Assembly (NCBI GenBank): GCA_043228905.1
Contig: JBHGNT010000002.1
Location: 10,540,001-10,604,000, forward strand
Reading direction: 5' to 3'
Source of the DNA: Azolla caroliniana
Lineage: Eukaryota; Plantae; Polypodiophyta
DNA length: 64,000 bases
Part shown: one piece after another, positions 24,796 to 37,600 of the stretch
Numbering within the stretch: the first letter of the stretch is position 1
Layout of the letters: the number at the start of each line of letters is the position of its first letter
The notes under the pieces: generated by a model
Databases searched by the model: none
Told to the model about the DNA's origin: nothing
The model's input: only the letters and a program-made list of their open reading frames with translations
Made by a program: the position numbers and the translations under genes

Positions 24796-25599
24796 AGGGG
24801 GAGTTTGTTGGGATATCGGTCCCTCCGGATGGGATGTCCGGAGATGAATGACGGCAAGCCCGGTTGCGGCTACGGAGCCGGATGATGAAGACCCGGCTAC
24901 GGAGCCGGATGATGAAAACCCGGCTACAGAGCCGGATGATGTATGTACCCGGAGAGAGATCCGGATGCGGGGACATATTTGTGAATATGTTTGCCAAGGG
25001 CCCTTGAGGCTATATTTGTAAATAGCCCGAAAGTCATATGTGTATAAATATGACTTAGGGCAAACTGTTTGTAGTTGCTGAAAAGTTGCTGCTCATATTT
25101 TTCTGTTTTTCCACTTAGAGAGAGTGAAGAGAGCAGCCGAGAGAGAGAGAGACAGACGAAGAGGTCGTTGCCTCTGTGTATTACCGCCGCCTGTGGCGAA
25201 GACAGTGAGCTCAAGGTTGTTGCCTTGAAGCTTCACCATTGTACATCTCTGTTCATAGTGATAGTTGGAGTTTGAGGACTCCCGTGGTTTTTCCCGTATA
25301 GGGTTTTCCACGTTAATCCCTGTGTTATCGTGTCTTTCTCTGTGTTTCCTATTTTCTGCTGCATTGATTCGTGATTTCTCGGTTGTGGCCGAACGGTGAA
25401 GGCGAATCGGAGCGTAGATTCTCAACAATATGTGTTATCTATATGTGCCTATATACACGTGTGTGTATGTAAACATATGTGTATATACAAATGAGTGTGT
25501 ATATGTGTGCAACTGCTAGTCTTTGCAAATGTGTATATGTATTGTAATATGATGTATGTGCATGGGTGTTGGTTTGTGCATGTATATGTGGATTTGTAA

Positions 25600-25604
25600 A
25601 TGTA

Positions 25605-25689
<85 letters not shown>

Positions 25690-25770
25690 GTGTTTGTGTT
25701 TGTGTTTGTGTTTGTGTTTATGTTTGTGTATGTGCATGTGCATGTGAATGTGAATGTGTTTGTGTTTGTG
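25600..25770. repeat. (TGTGTA)n/(TGTGTT)n hexamer microsatellite
   Basis: Directly visible in the sequence. Confidence 0.95.
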
Positions 25771-26064
25771 CGCTGGAGTATATACAGTACGTGTTGAAGC
25801 ACAAGCCTTAACGACTTTAGGAGGAGAGGGTTTGAACTTTCAAAAACAAGAAACAAGAGAAAGGGCATTTAGGAAAATAGAAGGGGAAAGGTATTTAAGG
25901 AAATTGAAGGGAGGAAAAGGTAGGAAAATTAAACTAAGGGAGAGAGAATGTTGTGTGTAGTCAAATGTGTGAAAGATAGAGAGACATACTTTACCTTTCA
26001 AATCTCATATCTCCCTCATTCGGAGTTAGATTTAGACGAGGTCCACGTTGCCCGAAGAAGAGTA

Positions 26065-27608
26065 TGTTGCGGAGGTTCGGATAGTAGCTAATTAGTAATA
26101 TTATATTAAGTAGTACTGATCCGGATCCGCACTGTTTTGTACCTTGCCGGTTTGTTCATGCACCGTTTTGTATCAAAACCGGATGCCTATATAAAGGGAT
26201 CGGATTGAATGTATTAAGAGAGTGAGTAATAGACTATATTGTGTTCATCTTGCGTGCTTGCCTTCTGTACTTTCATGTTATAATCTTACGCGTGTTTATC
26301 TGTATCGGATATGGTGTATGTGTGTGTAATTCCATTCCTCCGACCACACCTTTGGAGGGTATTCCAGGAAGGGGATACCTTGTGTTTGCAGCTAAAGTCT
26401 AGCCCAGGATAAACACAAATTTGGCGACCACGATTTCTGCAAGAAGCAGCGAATGCCCAAGGATGGATGTCGTCTAGACAGACCAACGATCCAGTGTCCG
26501 AACGAGCGAGAAGACTAGCGTACCAACACGCGGGCGAGGAGTTTCGGCAAGATCGGTCTTTTCCCAGAGCGCTTCGGAGGGTTGTTGAAGAAACAATCCA
26601 GATACAGAATCAACGCCATTTGGACAAGGAAAGCAGCCTCACAAACCTTGTCGGCGCCGAAGCCATGTTACAAACCTTAGCAGCCGACACAAGGGGCTCG
26701 GGCGCGTTTTCAGCTTTCGAATTGGAGTTGAACAATGATACAAATGATGAACGGAGCGCCAATTCTAATTACTGATCCAGTCACGGATCTTCGGAGGAAG
26801 AGGTGTTAGAATAGACACCAACACCGGGGTCTGAAACCAAGACACCGACACCACCGGTAGAAGAAGTGATCCCGATGCACACACCATCGGCTGAAGAAGT
26901 TATACCGGTGTAGACACCGCCGGCCACCATAGAATGTGCCGACGAAGAAGCCACAATGCCATACCCGTATCCCAAATACAATGATGAGCCGAACGCTGAG
27001 GCACACATCCATGGTTTTGTGACGACATGGCGGGCAAATCACGTTTCCCAACGACTTTCGGTGCCGGAAGTAGAAAAATAGAAAATTGTTGCTTTTGGGT
27101 TGTCGTTGGATGGACAAACCATAGGGTGGTATTCCCAACACAACCCAGGGGATTTCGCCACATTCCAAGACTTGAGGGACAAGGTCGTGCGGTTGTTCCA
27201 CATGCAGGTCACTTAGAGAGAATTAATCGGATGGTTTTATGCCACCTATAAAGAGGCAAATGAAACGGTGCCACAATTCATTATAAGATTCCAGAATCTT
27301 CACAGAGAGCTGATGCGGGCACCCCCAGAGGACGAAGTAAAAGATATATTTTTGGGACTACACTAGTGGTTTTGGATTTCAAAACAAGCACCATTGACCA
27401 ACTAATGGATAGAGTGCTCGACATGGATCGAGCCCTAAACGACAATAACATGTTGATGGGGGCATTACAAGGAGCATTGCCCAAGGAGGAGGACCTGTGT
27501 TTCCGATAGGCAATACAATGCACAACCTGCCTAAACCCTGGCCATTCAAGCCTAGAATGCACAATGCGAACACATTGTGCAATGTGCCAGTCAAGGGCAC
27601 ATACAATA
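26065..27608 (+). mobile_element. Old degenerate Ty3/gypsy element D, 5' part (LTR ~26065-26417, PBS, decayed gag)
   Basis: TG start, CCTATATAAA, PBS-like TGGCGACCACG 26422-26432, decayed gag with CTTCLNPGHSSLEC knuckle cut at ~27608. Confidence 0.65.
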
Positions 27609-30394
27609 TATTGAGCGGACAAGCTCAACCGGATCCGGATCGGTATTCGGAACAGAGAACCTGATAGGTATCCGGAACCAAGAGCTGGATCGGAGAGACA
27701 GATCAGGATGAACCGGTAGGCCGTTAGAGGCCTATGAATCTAGCCTAGTACGTAGGCATATTTTTGGGAGTCAGTGTCAGTCGCTCGTATGAGCATTGAA
27801 GTACCTGTCAATACTTCTGTCAGTCCTTTTAGGCACTTGTATAAAAAATGTTATGTAGGACATTTGTATGTACAATGAGTTATTATTTTGAATTCAGTTT
27901 ATGTTGTTCTGCTCTAACTCTGTCTGTCTCTCTTGTAAGGTTTCCATTAAACTTGTGTCTGTATTTTCTGTTGTTATTTGGGTAAACCGGTTTGTCAAAG
28001 CTTTTGCATATTAACTTTGACATGGTATCAGAGCATGAGGGTTGAGAACCTCTGCATCCGACGAGCGATTTCTGAAGACAAACCCTAACACCCGATAAAG
28101 AACAGACAGAAGAAAAATATGGACCGAGGAATGGCTAGTTCGCTCCCGACGGAGAAGCTTGATAGATCCAACTATGCAACTTGATCATATAAGATGCACC
28201 AGTACCTGCTCGGGCATGGTTACTGGAGTTATATCGACGGAGCTAACGACATGGCACCTGATGCGGCATAGAGGGACTTCCCGGCTTGGGAACAAGCGGC
28301 AAGCAGGGTAATGTAATGCTTTGCGTCTAGTGTCGGTGATCAACTGCTCAGCAATATCCAGGATGCCAAGACGCCAAAGGAAGCATGGGGAAACCTAAAG
28401 AATGTCTCGCCGCGAGCACCACGGCCCAGAAGCTGCAACGCCGATAGGAGTTAAGCAATGTCCGACAGAAGGACATGTCGGTGGCCGACTATACGACCCG
28501 GATCAAAGACATCTGCGACTCACTTACCTCTATCAACGTAACCGTCGAGGAAGATAAGATGGTGCAGGTTTGTCTCGGCGGCTTGGCGTCAAAGTTCAGA
28601 GCATTTCGGACAGTGGTCTGTACAAGGGAGAATGCGCCCTTGTTTTTCGACTTACAGTCGATGCTCCTAGTAGAGGAGAACCACGCGGGTCGTCAACAAG
28701 CATACACATTGACAACAAGATGTTGTACACAGAGGCGGATCGGCATACAGTGGAAGTGGCTGACAAGAGGAAAATTGGAGGCACAAGGATGGTGTTGACC
28801 ATAGTTCTGGACCCTCCACAAGCAGGGGGAGTCAAGGCGGTGCTGGGAGTCGGCAAGAGAAAACCGCAACGGAATGTTGGTATTGTGGCTGGAAGGGCCA
28901 CAGAGAGAGCGAGTGTTGGAAGAAGCATGCCGATTCGGATAAATCCGGATCTGGAAAGGCCAGACAATGGAACCAGTAGAGCTCGCACTACACAAAAGGA
29001 TTAGAAGGATCCGGAATCGGTAAGACCGGAAAATGGCTAACCTTTGTGATAAAGCAGAAGGCAAACTCGAGGAAGAAGACCACTTCCGGATCGGAGGGAG
29101 TGTGGTATGTTGACTCCGGAGCGTCTAATCACATGATGAGCCACGAAGAGTGGTTCTTGTATTTGGAAAAGCCGGAGCAACCGGGAGTTGTTGAAACCGA
29201 AGACACCACTCCGCACCCGATCGTGCATTTCGGAGAAGTTCCCTTGAGTCATGTCGGACAAAAAGGGAAGCTTATGAATGTGCTTCACGTCCCAAATCAC
29301 AAATAACCTGGTGTCTGTCGGGCATATCGTTGACCAGGGGATGTAGGTGCGATTTACACATCTCGGGTGCTTCATTGAGGAAGAGTGCCAGATCATCGCG
29401 CAAGGGCACCGGGATGGGAGGATGGTTATCCTCGACACAAATGACATTGGTACCGCTTTGTTCACAAAAGGACAGAAAGTTGAGTCGGATATCGACTTGT
29501 GGCACAAGCGGATCAGACATGTTACCTACCAGAGGCTTCAAGACCTGCAATCGAAATAGGTTGTTTTTTGATTGCCCAAATTCTGTGGCTGGAAGGCCCA
29601 AATTTGTGAAGCCTGCAAGCTCAGGAAGCAACACCGGCTTCTGTTCCCCACCGAAAGAAACCGGAGCAGTAACAAGCTCGATCTAATACATTCAGATGCA
29701 TGGGGACCGACATAGAACGTATTTCCTCTCCTTCATTGACGCTACAACCGACACACATGGATCTACCTTATTGAAAGGAAAAGCAAAGTTTTCGATTGTT
29801 TCTGGAACTTGCAAAGTCTTGTAGAACGGGAAACAGAGAGGAAGATCAAGAGCATGCGGTCAGATGGCAGAAAAGAATACTTTTCTGACCAATTCAACAG
29901 TTATCTCCAACAGAAAGGAATTGAGAGGGAATTTAGCTGCCGATACACACCGGAACAAAACGGTGTGGCCGAAAGGAAGAACCAGTCAATTGTTGAGGCG
30001 ACACGGACAATGCTGGAAGAGAAGAGCATGCCCAAGTTCAACTGGGTCGAAGCAGTCCGGATGGCTGTCTACATCCAAAACCGGATCAGGGATAAGGTGT
30101 CAGCACATGTGTTGTATTTCGGGCGGAAGCCGAATTTACGACACCTTAAGATATTCAATAGCATTCCGTATGTGCATGTGCCGGATGAGAAGCGGAGAAA
30201 GCTGGACCTGAAGTTGGAGAAGTGCACCCTTGTCGGCTATTCACATGAGCAATAGGGTTATAAGTGCTATAACCCCCGAACAAAACCAGTTCGAGTGATC
30301 CGAGATGTCGAATTTGATGAGTCAGCATCATGGTACTCCGACCCGATTCCGGAAGATGAGGTTAGTGAGCCCGAAATGATCCCGACAGAAGATG

Positions 30395-33300
30395 TGTTAT
30401 AGGATTTAGGGTTAGGGTTAATGATGATAATGATAAAGATAGGAATAGGGTTAACAATCATGGTAGATTGATAATGTATGTGTGATGATGATGGTAAGAG
30501 ATCATGAAGAACAACACAAGCATTGAGGGGTGGGGGGTGGTGCCTAGGATGGCTCCACCCCCCTCCCAAGGGGGTTCAACGTAAGGGGAAAGAGAGAGAG
30601 AGAGAAATATGTCAAAGAGAGAGAGAGAGAGAGAAATTGGTTATATTGTTCCATTCATTCATTCCCATAAGGGGTTAAATAGGTACAAAGGGGTAGATCC
30701 ACAAGGGTGTAAGCCCCTTGGGCATTCACACCTAGTCACTCACTCACACCTCTTTGTATCCACCACACTCACACTCATAATCATATAAGATTACACATAC
30801 ATATCAACACATTACATCTTTCACCCTCACTTATCACACTTATCCATCACACGTACGTCTCGTACGGTAACACAATATAGCACGCCCGTGGGAGAGTGCC
30901 TTGCACGTCGATCCCACATGCCTTGATCATAATTTTTCTTCGACTGGAATTTCAATCGGTCCTCTCAACGATCGACTCCCTCGATTGGAGCGCTTGACTC
31001 GAACATCTCCGTTGGTCAACGACTCTTCTGCGACACGAACATTCTCGTTCTGTCAACTTACGAACTTTGGTAACATCAACGATCAACTCCCTCGATCGGA
31101 GCGCTTGACTCGAACATCTACGTCGATCAGCGAATCTTTATCGACACAAACATTCCCGTTTTGTCGGTTCACGAACTTCGGTAACATCATTTGGGTCGTA
31201 AAAAAAAAACGTTGTATGTATGTGTGTTCCTTTTGTTGATTTTGTGAGTTGTGTGTTGATCACGTCCATTTCTTTTAGGTTGATGAGTTTTCAAATTTTT
31301 GTAGGTGCCCTTTGATTTTTAAAATTTTTATTATATACCCTCGAGTTTTGAAAATTTCATTCAGTACCCCCAAGTTTCTGAAATTTTAGGTTGCTACCCT
31401 CAACATTTTAAAATTTAATTGCATGCCCCTCTATTCTCTTTTTCCCTCTCATTTATTATTATTATTGTTTGTCTTCTTACGTTTTCTCCTGCGTGTTGTC
31501 TGCATCTTCTTCCTCCTTCTTGGTGTTAACTGTTGCTTCTTCTCCTCTTCCTGTCTTCTTTTCCTCCTCTCTCTTTCTTCTTCTGTCTCTGTTTCTTCCA
31601 CTTCGTGTCTGTCTGTTCATGCCTTTCTCTTCTTCCATGACATCTTCTTTTTCTTCCTTCACTGTTCTTCTTCTTCCTTGCATTTCTCTTCTCTCTTCTT
31701 CTTATTTTCTGCATGTCTGCCTCTTTCTTCTCTGTGTTGTCTTTGTTTTGGTTGTCGTGGTTGGTCGTCTATCCAGCCCGTTTGGCCACTCCGGCCACTG
31801 TTCGGCTATTACGGCCGCTTCGGCAATTCCTCGGTCACTCTTTGGCCGCTCGTCCGTCTCCATCTCCTGTTGTGGCTATCTCTGACCACTGATGCCGTCC
31901 TTGTCCAGCCGCCTCCATTCGGCCACTACGACCGCTCTTAGGTCGCTCTCCGGCCTCTCCTCCATCTCTGTCGGTGTCCGGTCGTCCTCCTCTTCCGACC
32001 GTGCGTTCGGTCCGTCGTCCCGGTCGTCTTGTCCACTGTTCGACAATCAATGTGGCCGCGTGCTTCCGGCCTCACCAGCCTTTTCCATCATTGTCTCGGC
32101 CGCTGTCCGGCTGCCTTTGTTGCGGACTCCATCACCGTCTCTGTCAGTTTCCGTCCGTTTGAGTCCGCCTCTCTGTCTCCGGCTCTGTTGCCATCTCTGT
32201 ACGGCCATAGTCTGGTGTTGCTGCTTTTTTTTTTGTTGCCGCTTGTTGTCCGACCTCCTTCGTTTTTCTTGACGTGTTTGTCCGGATGTCGTTCATCCGA
32301 CCGCCTCTATTCTGCTTCGAATGTTGTCCGGCCCTTGCTTTTCCGCTACTCTGGCCGAATCTCTCATCTTTGTTAGTTGTCTTGTTTCCCTAGCGTCTCC
32401 ATCGCCGCTGTCCAGCGTCATCATTGTCTGGCCCATCTGGTCCGGTCGCCTCCGTTTCGGCACCGTTCGGCCACTCCGACCGCTTTCCAGCCACTTTGAC
32501 CATTTCTGTGCATTTCGGCCGCTCCTTGGATGTCTGTCTATTGTCTTCCGATTGTATGTTGTTTTCCCGGTCATCTGTCCAGTTCTCCGGCCACTCCAGC
32601 CACTGTCTGGCTATTTCGGCCCTACTGGCCGCTCTTTCCGCTGTTTGGCCCGTTTGGCCATGTCTGTCCGGTCCATCTCCAGATGTCTCTGTCGCGGCCT
32701 TGTCGGCCCTGTTCGACCAATTTGCAGTTGGTCGTTTCTTTTGGCCGAGGTTCGCCCGTCTCCGTCACTGTCCGATCGTCGTCCGGTTGCTCTTCAGTAG
32801 TTGTCCGGCCATTTTGACCGCTCTCCGGCCACTTCGGCCGCTCCGGTTGCTCCTGTCCGGTCACTCTCCGGCCTATCCGACCGCTCGAACTGCTGTCCGG
32901 CCGTCTCCATCTTCGTTGTTGTTCGGCACGAACAACCATGTCTTTCTAGCTATCCGGTTGTTGTCGTCCCGCTCATCTTCGGTCCGGCCATCGTTGTTGT
33001 TGTCGATCTCTGTCATTCCAGTTATCGCTATGATTGTTTCTTCTTTTTTTCATTAACATGGCCATTTCCAACGCATTGTGGTCGCCATTTCTTGCACATT
33101 ACTGATTCGATTTACTCATCATAAATTCGATTTCTCGCACATCATCGTCACCATTATCACACATTTCGTCGTCGTTGTCTCTGCCACGTATTAATCTTCG
33201 ACTTCGTCTTCAAAAGGGGGTCGCCTTAGTGGTCGCCAAAAGGTGTTATAGGATTTAGGGTTAGGGTTAATGATGATAATGATAAAGATAGGAATAGGGT

Positions 33301-33719
33301 TAACAATCATGGTAGATTGATAATGTATGTGTGATGATGATGGTAAGAGATCATGAAGAACAACACAAGCATTGAGGGGTGGGGGGTGGTGCCTAGGATG
33401 GCTCCACCCCCCTCCCAAGGGGGTTCAATGTAAGGGGAAAGAGAGAGAGAGAGAAATATGTCAAAGAGAGAGAGAGAGAGAGATTGGTTATATTGTTCCA
33501 TTCATTCATTCCCATAAGGGGTTAAATAGGTACAAAGGGGTAGATCCACAAGGGTGTAAGCCCCTTGGGCATTCACACCTAGTCACTCACTCACACCTCT
33601 TTGTATCCACCACACTCACACTCATAATCATATAAGATTACACATACATATCAACACATTACATCTTTCACCCTCACTTATCACACTTATCCATCACACG
33701 TACGTCTCGTACGGTAACA
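30395..33719 (-). mobile_element. Non-autonomous LTR retroelement F (no recognisable coding domain) inserted in copia E
   Basis: Near-identical LTRs at 30395-30872 and 33244-33719; TSD AGATG at 30390-30394 and 33720-33724; minus-strand PBS-like TGGCGACCAC next to 33244; low-complexity internal region. Orientation is tentative. Confidence 0.88.
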
Positions 33720-34110
33720 AGATGAAGAAGGATTCAGTACTCTGGATGAGAGTCTGATATCATTCCGACTAAGTGGGCCGAATGAGCGATTGAGTCGGCA
33801 TGACCAGTCAGATGATGGGCCAACGAGTAGTGGAGACTCGGCCGTGCTCTCCCCATGCAAGGAACCGAGGAGCCAGTTCACTCGCAAAAAGATGGGGAAG
33901 AAGAAGATGTCGGAATATGCCAACGACAAAGACAAGTCGGATTGGAGTAAATCCGACTCCAGACAGAATGAAGATGAGTACATGGCGCATCACTATGCGT
34001 ACATGACGAAAGTGGCGGAAGTGCGTGAGCTGGAGAGCTACGCAGAAACGGCAAAAGATGCACAATGGCGTGCCGCTATGGAGGAAGAGATGCGAGCACT
34101 TGATGCCAAG

Positions 34111-34630
34111 TGTCATAGAGATAACAAGAATCATGTCAAGGTTTAAACTCTTGACCTCTTATATATAGTCAAGTGTTGTGTTCTAACCAACACGTCCAAA
34201 TATATGGTCATGTTGTGTATATCTTAGTAGATTATTAGTAGATTATCTATTTCAAGTTCTAGGAGTATTTAGAAAGTTCTCGAACTAGAAGGTTCTAGAG
34301 AGTTCTAGAATATTCTCCCGAATATTCTAATGCATCTACTTCGACTCACAGCATAAATACTTGTAACCTCCTTGGTCCCTTTCAAGGAATTCAACACCAG
34401 TCGTTGACACATCAATCTAGTATTCTCGTTTCGCCCCATCTTCTCTCCTTGATTTGCATCTATGTCTTTATGCTCTTGTATTGTTCCTAGTGTCTTAAGT
34501 TCCTCATCTCGTCACTCCCAACTTCCTGAGTTTCTATCCCCACCATGTCGAGTTCCACTTTCGTAACCTTATCGGTCATAGCTTCATCATTTGTGCTTTG
34601 TCGTAGTCTAGGGTTGGTGTGTTCGTGACA
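34111..34630. mobile_element. Solo LTR G (520 bp) inserted in copia E
   Basis: TGTCA..TGACA ends; TSD CCAAG/CCAAC (one mismatch); removal restores copia ALDANDT; contains nGAAnnTTCn runs at 34272-34315. Confidence 0.82.
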
Positions 34631-37600
34631 CCAACGACACATGCAACCTGGTTGACCCTCGACATTGCAAACCTATTGGTTGCAAGTGGGTGTACAAGGT
34701 CAAGTATAATGTTAACGGTTCGGTCAACCGATATAGGGCCCAGTTAGTGGCCAAAGGATACGCACAGACCGACGGAATCGATTACAACGAGACCTTCGCT
34801 CCGGTAGCGAAGATGACTACGGTTTGTGTGGTGGTAGCGGTTGTTGCGGTAAAGGGGTGGCATCTTCACCAAATGGATGTGATGAATGTGTTTCTTCAAG
34901 GTGATCTTGAAGAATAGGTCTAAATGATCCAACCCCCTGGTTTTCAGTCAGAGATGACCAAGTCGGCAGTCTGCCGACTGAAGAAGTCGCTTTATGGCTT
35001 GTAACAAGCCCCTCATGCTTGGAATTCGAAGATCAAGCATTGGTTGTGTAAGATGGGGTTTGCGGCCTCGAAGTCGGACTCTTCGTTGTTCAACCGGAAA
35101 GGTCCGGAAGGTCTAGTATGTATCTTGTGATACGTGGATAATCTAGTCATCACCGGACCCAGCCTCACTAAAATCGGCCAAGTGAAGTCCCAACTGTCAG
35201 AATCGTTCGAAATGAAGGACTTGGGGAACCTTCATTACTTCCTCGGGATCGAAGTGATCCACACCCACGACGACATATTGTTATCTCAGCAACATTATGT
35301 GTTGAATATGCTGTACAAGTTTGGCATGACGGACTGTTGACTGATCTCCACACCCCTGAACCAGAACTTGAAGATTCGTCCCGACTCTGGACCATCCTGC
35401 GATGAGAAATGGTTCCGACAAATAGTCGAAAGCTGTATTTATTTGACGATCACCCGGCCCGACATTAGCTATTTGGTTGGAGTGATAAGTCAGTTCATGC
35501 AGAAGCCGACGATGGAGCACCTTTAGTGCACGCATAGGATATTGAGGTATGTTAGCGGCACTAAGGACGGGGGGCTACTATATTGACATGATATAACCGA
35601 GAAGCTAGTCGGATATACAAATGCCGATTGGGCCGGAGATGCGTCAGATCGATGGTCCACTTCCGGATTCATGTTCTCTCTAGGTTGCGCGGCTGTTGCG
35701 TGGAGCAGAAAAAAGTAGTCGACAGTGGCCTTGTCGAGCATTGAGACTGAATATTGGGGCGCTACTGTTGCCACCTATGAAGCCATCTGGCTTCGGCGGT
35801 TGCTACAAGACCTCCGGATTGTAGTCCCGACTCCGATCCCGATCTACTGCGACAACATGAGCAACATGCAACTGGCCAAGAACCTTGTGTTCCATGCTCG
35901 GATAAAGCACATAGAAGTGCATTATCACTTTATGTGCGAGCGAGTCCTCAGTGATGAAGTAGAACTCCGGTATGTCTGAACGGATTAGTAGGTTACCCAC
36001 ATCTTCACCAAACCTCTCGGCCTGGACAAGTTGCAAAATTTTTCGGAGATGCTTGGTCTTCAACATCTCGACATGCTGCAGTTGAGGGTGAGAACCAGGA
36101 TAGATACAGGGAGAATCAGAACGGAAACTGGGAAAAAAGGTGATGGCACTAGAGAAAGAGCCGGAGAGGTCGGGGAAGACAAGAAGAAGAAAAAGGAAGT
36201 TGGGTCGACTAAAGAAGTATTAACATCCGATAAAGTCAGAACAAGCGGTGATGGCAGTAGAGTCAAGAAGGACAGAGCCAACCAGAAGAACAAGACCCGG
36301 ATGTGGTCCGATGTGGTAAAGGGCCTGACGATTGAGGACGAATTGCAGATAGCCAATTCGGACAAGAGCTGGAACGAATAGGAGTCACTCTATTCAGAAG
36401 CGGTGCTTGATTCAGAGGAGCCGGATCAACTGAAGGCCAAACGGACAAGGAAGTAGCGGAAGTCAACACCGACCAAGGTTGTTAGGTACGTTAGGTATGG
36501 TACGGATGCCATACGTATATAACGTATTAATACATGTATAGTACCTCCCAATTTAAAAATACGTTAAATACGTTTTCTTAATATGTTAAATACTTATAAA
36601 ATACGTATTTTACGTATAGTACGCTAAATACTTCTAGAATTTGAAAATTATTTAACTTTCTAAAAAATATCTATAATCTTGTAAAAAATATCTATAATCT
36701 TGTAAAAAACATCTATGTTTACACAATTTTGTGATGTACAGTATAGTTCTACATCCTAAAATGCATATAAGACATTTGAACATTTCACATCCTAAAATAC
36801 TTGTAGTAATATGAATGTTAACATCCCCTTATTCTATAAATCAGTGTAAGTGTGGATCACGATGTTCTACTTCAAATTGTAATTATTTACAATTATGCCT
36901 TCATAGATTGAGGAATCGTTTACGATTATCAAACCCATGATAGGTTTCTCTTTTCTTCGTTTTCTTCTTCTTCTTCTTCTTCTTCTTCTTCTATCTTCTG
37001 TGATTATCACACTCAGAGTCAGGATAGGTTTATGTCTTCTTTTCTCTCTTCTTCTTCTTCTTCATCTTCTTCATCGTCGTCTCTTCTATTCTTCTTTCTT
37101 CCTTCCTTTGGCTTCTTTTTTACTAAAATCTTTTTTTCTTTTGCTTTTTGTTGGGGTTTTACTTGCATTTTCTTTATAAATACACATTATACCTATTTTT
37201 TGTAATACATTAAATACTGTATTGGACAAATGTACATTATATTTGATTGAACAACATCGAGGTATAGTACGTTGTCGTGAAGAAAACCGGCCAGAAGCGG
37301 AATCAGCGAAGCAGGGCGCGTGAACCGGCCCTACACTTTTCCACGCCAATTAATACCTTGTACATAACTAGGAGTAGGACGGTGGGTGTAAATAGACTAG
37401 ATGTGATGCATTGAATGTCTAGGAAATCAAAGAGTATCTCTGTCCGAAAGGATAGAGAATAAATTGATGAAAACGAGGGTGCAACGGAGTGCCTCGACGG
37501 CCTATAAAAGGGAAGGAAGGAGGCGGATAAATACATTGCGTTTTGGGAGCGAGGACGAAGTGCTGTCCGACTGGGATCAAGCTCTCTCCTCCATCGTTCG

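Larger units (their letters stand above)
7226..25427 (+). mobile_element. Ty1/copia LTR retrotransposon A (young; interrupted by gypsy B in its 5' LTR and gypsy C at the start of RNase H)
   Basis: TG..CA LTRs at 7226-14896 (split) and 24806-25427; TSD ATATG at 7221-7225 and 25428-25432; PBS TGGTATCAGAGC (tRNA-iMet) 14900-14911; PPT before 24806. Confidence 0.97.
27609..36473 (+). mobile_element. Old degenerate Ty1/copia element E (5' LTR ~27609-28022; 3' region probably resumes ~61066-61420; no 3' LTR seen)
   Basis: PBS TGGTATCAGAGC 28023-28034; decayed gag, WYVDSGASNHM protease, integrase TPEQNGVAER, RT YVDN/MKDLG, RNase H IYCDN..KHIEVHYHF. Confidence 0.88.

Noticed and set aside
25449-25960. 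His-Ile, Cys-Val and Tyr-Thr repeat ORFs
   Set aside because: Translations of a hexamer microsatellite.
30403-30420. Telomere repeats or chromosome-end remnant
   Set aside because: Only ~2 units, and they are part of both LTRs of element F.
31423-33124. Long hydrophobic, Ser- or Arg-rich ORFs inside element F as env-like or membrane proteins
   Set aside because: Low-complexity CT/CCGG-rich DNA lacks stops in several frames at once; no recognisable domain.
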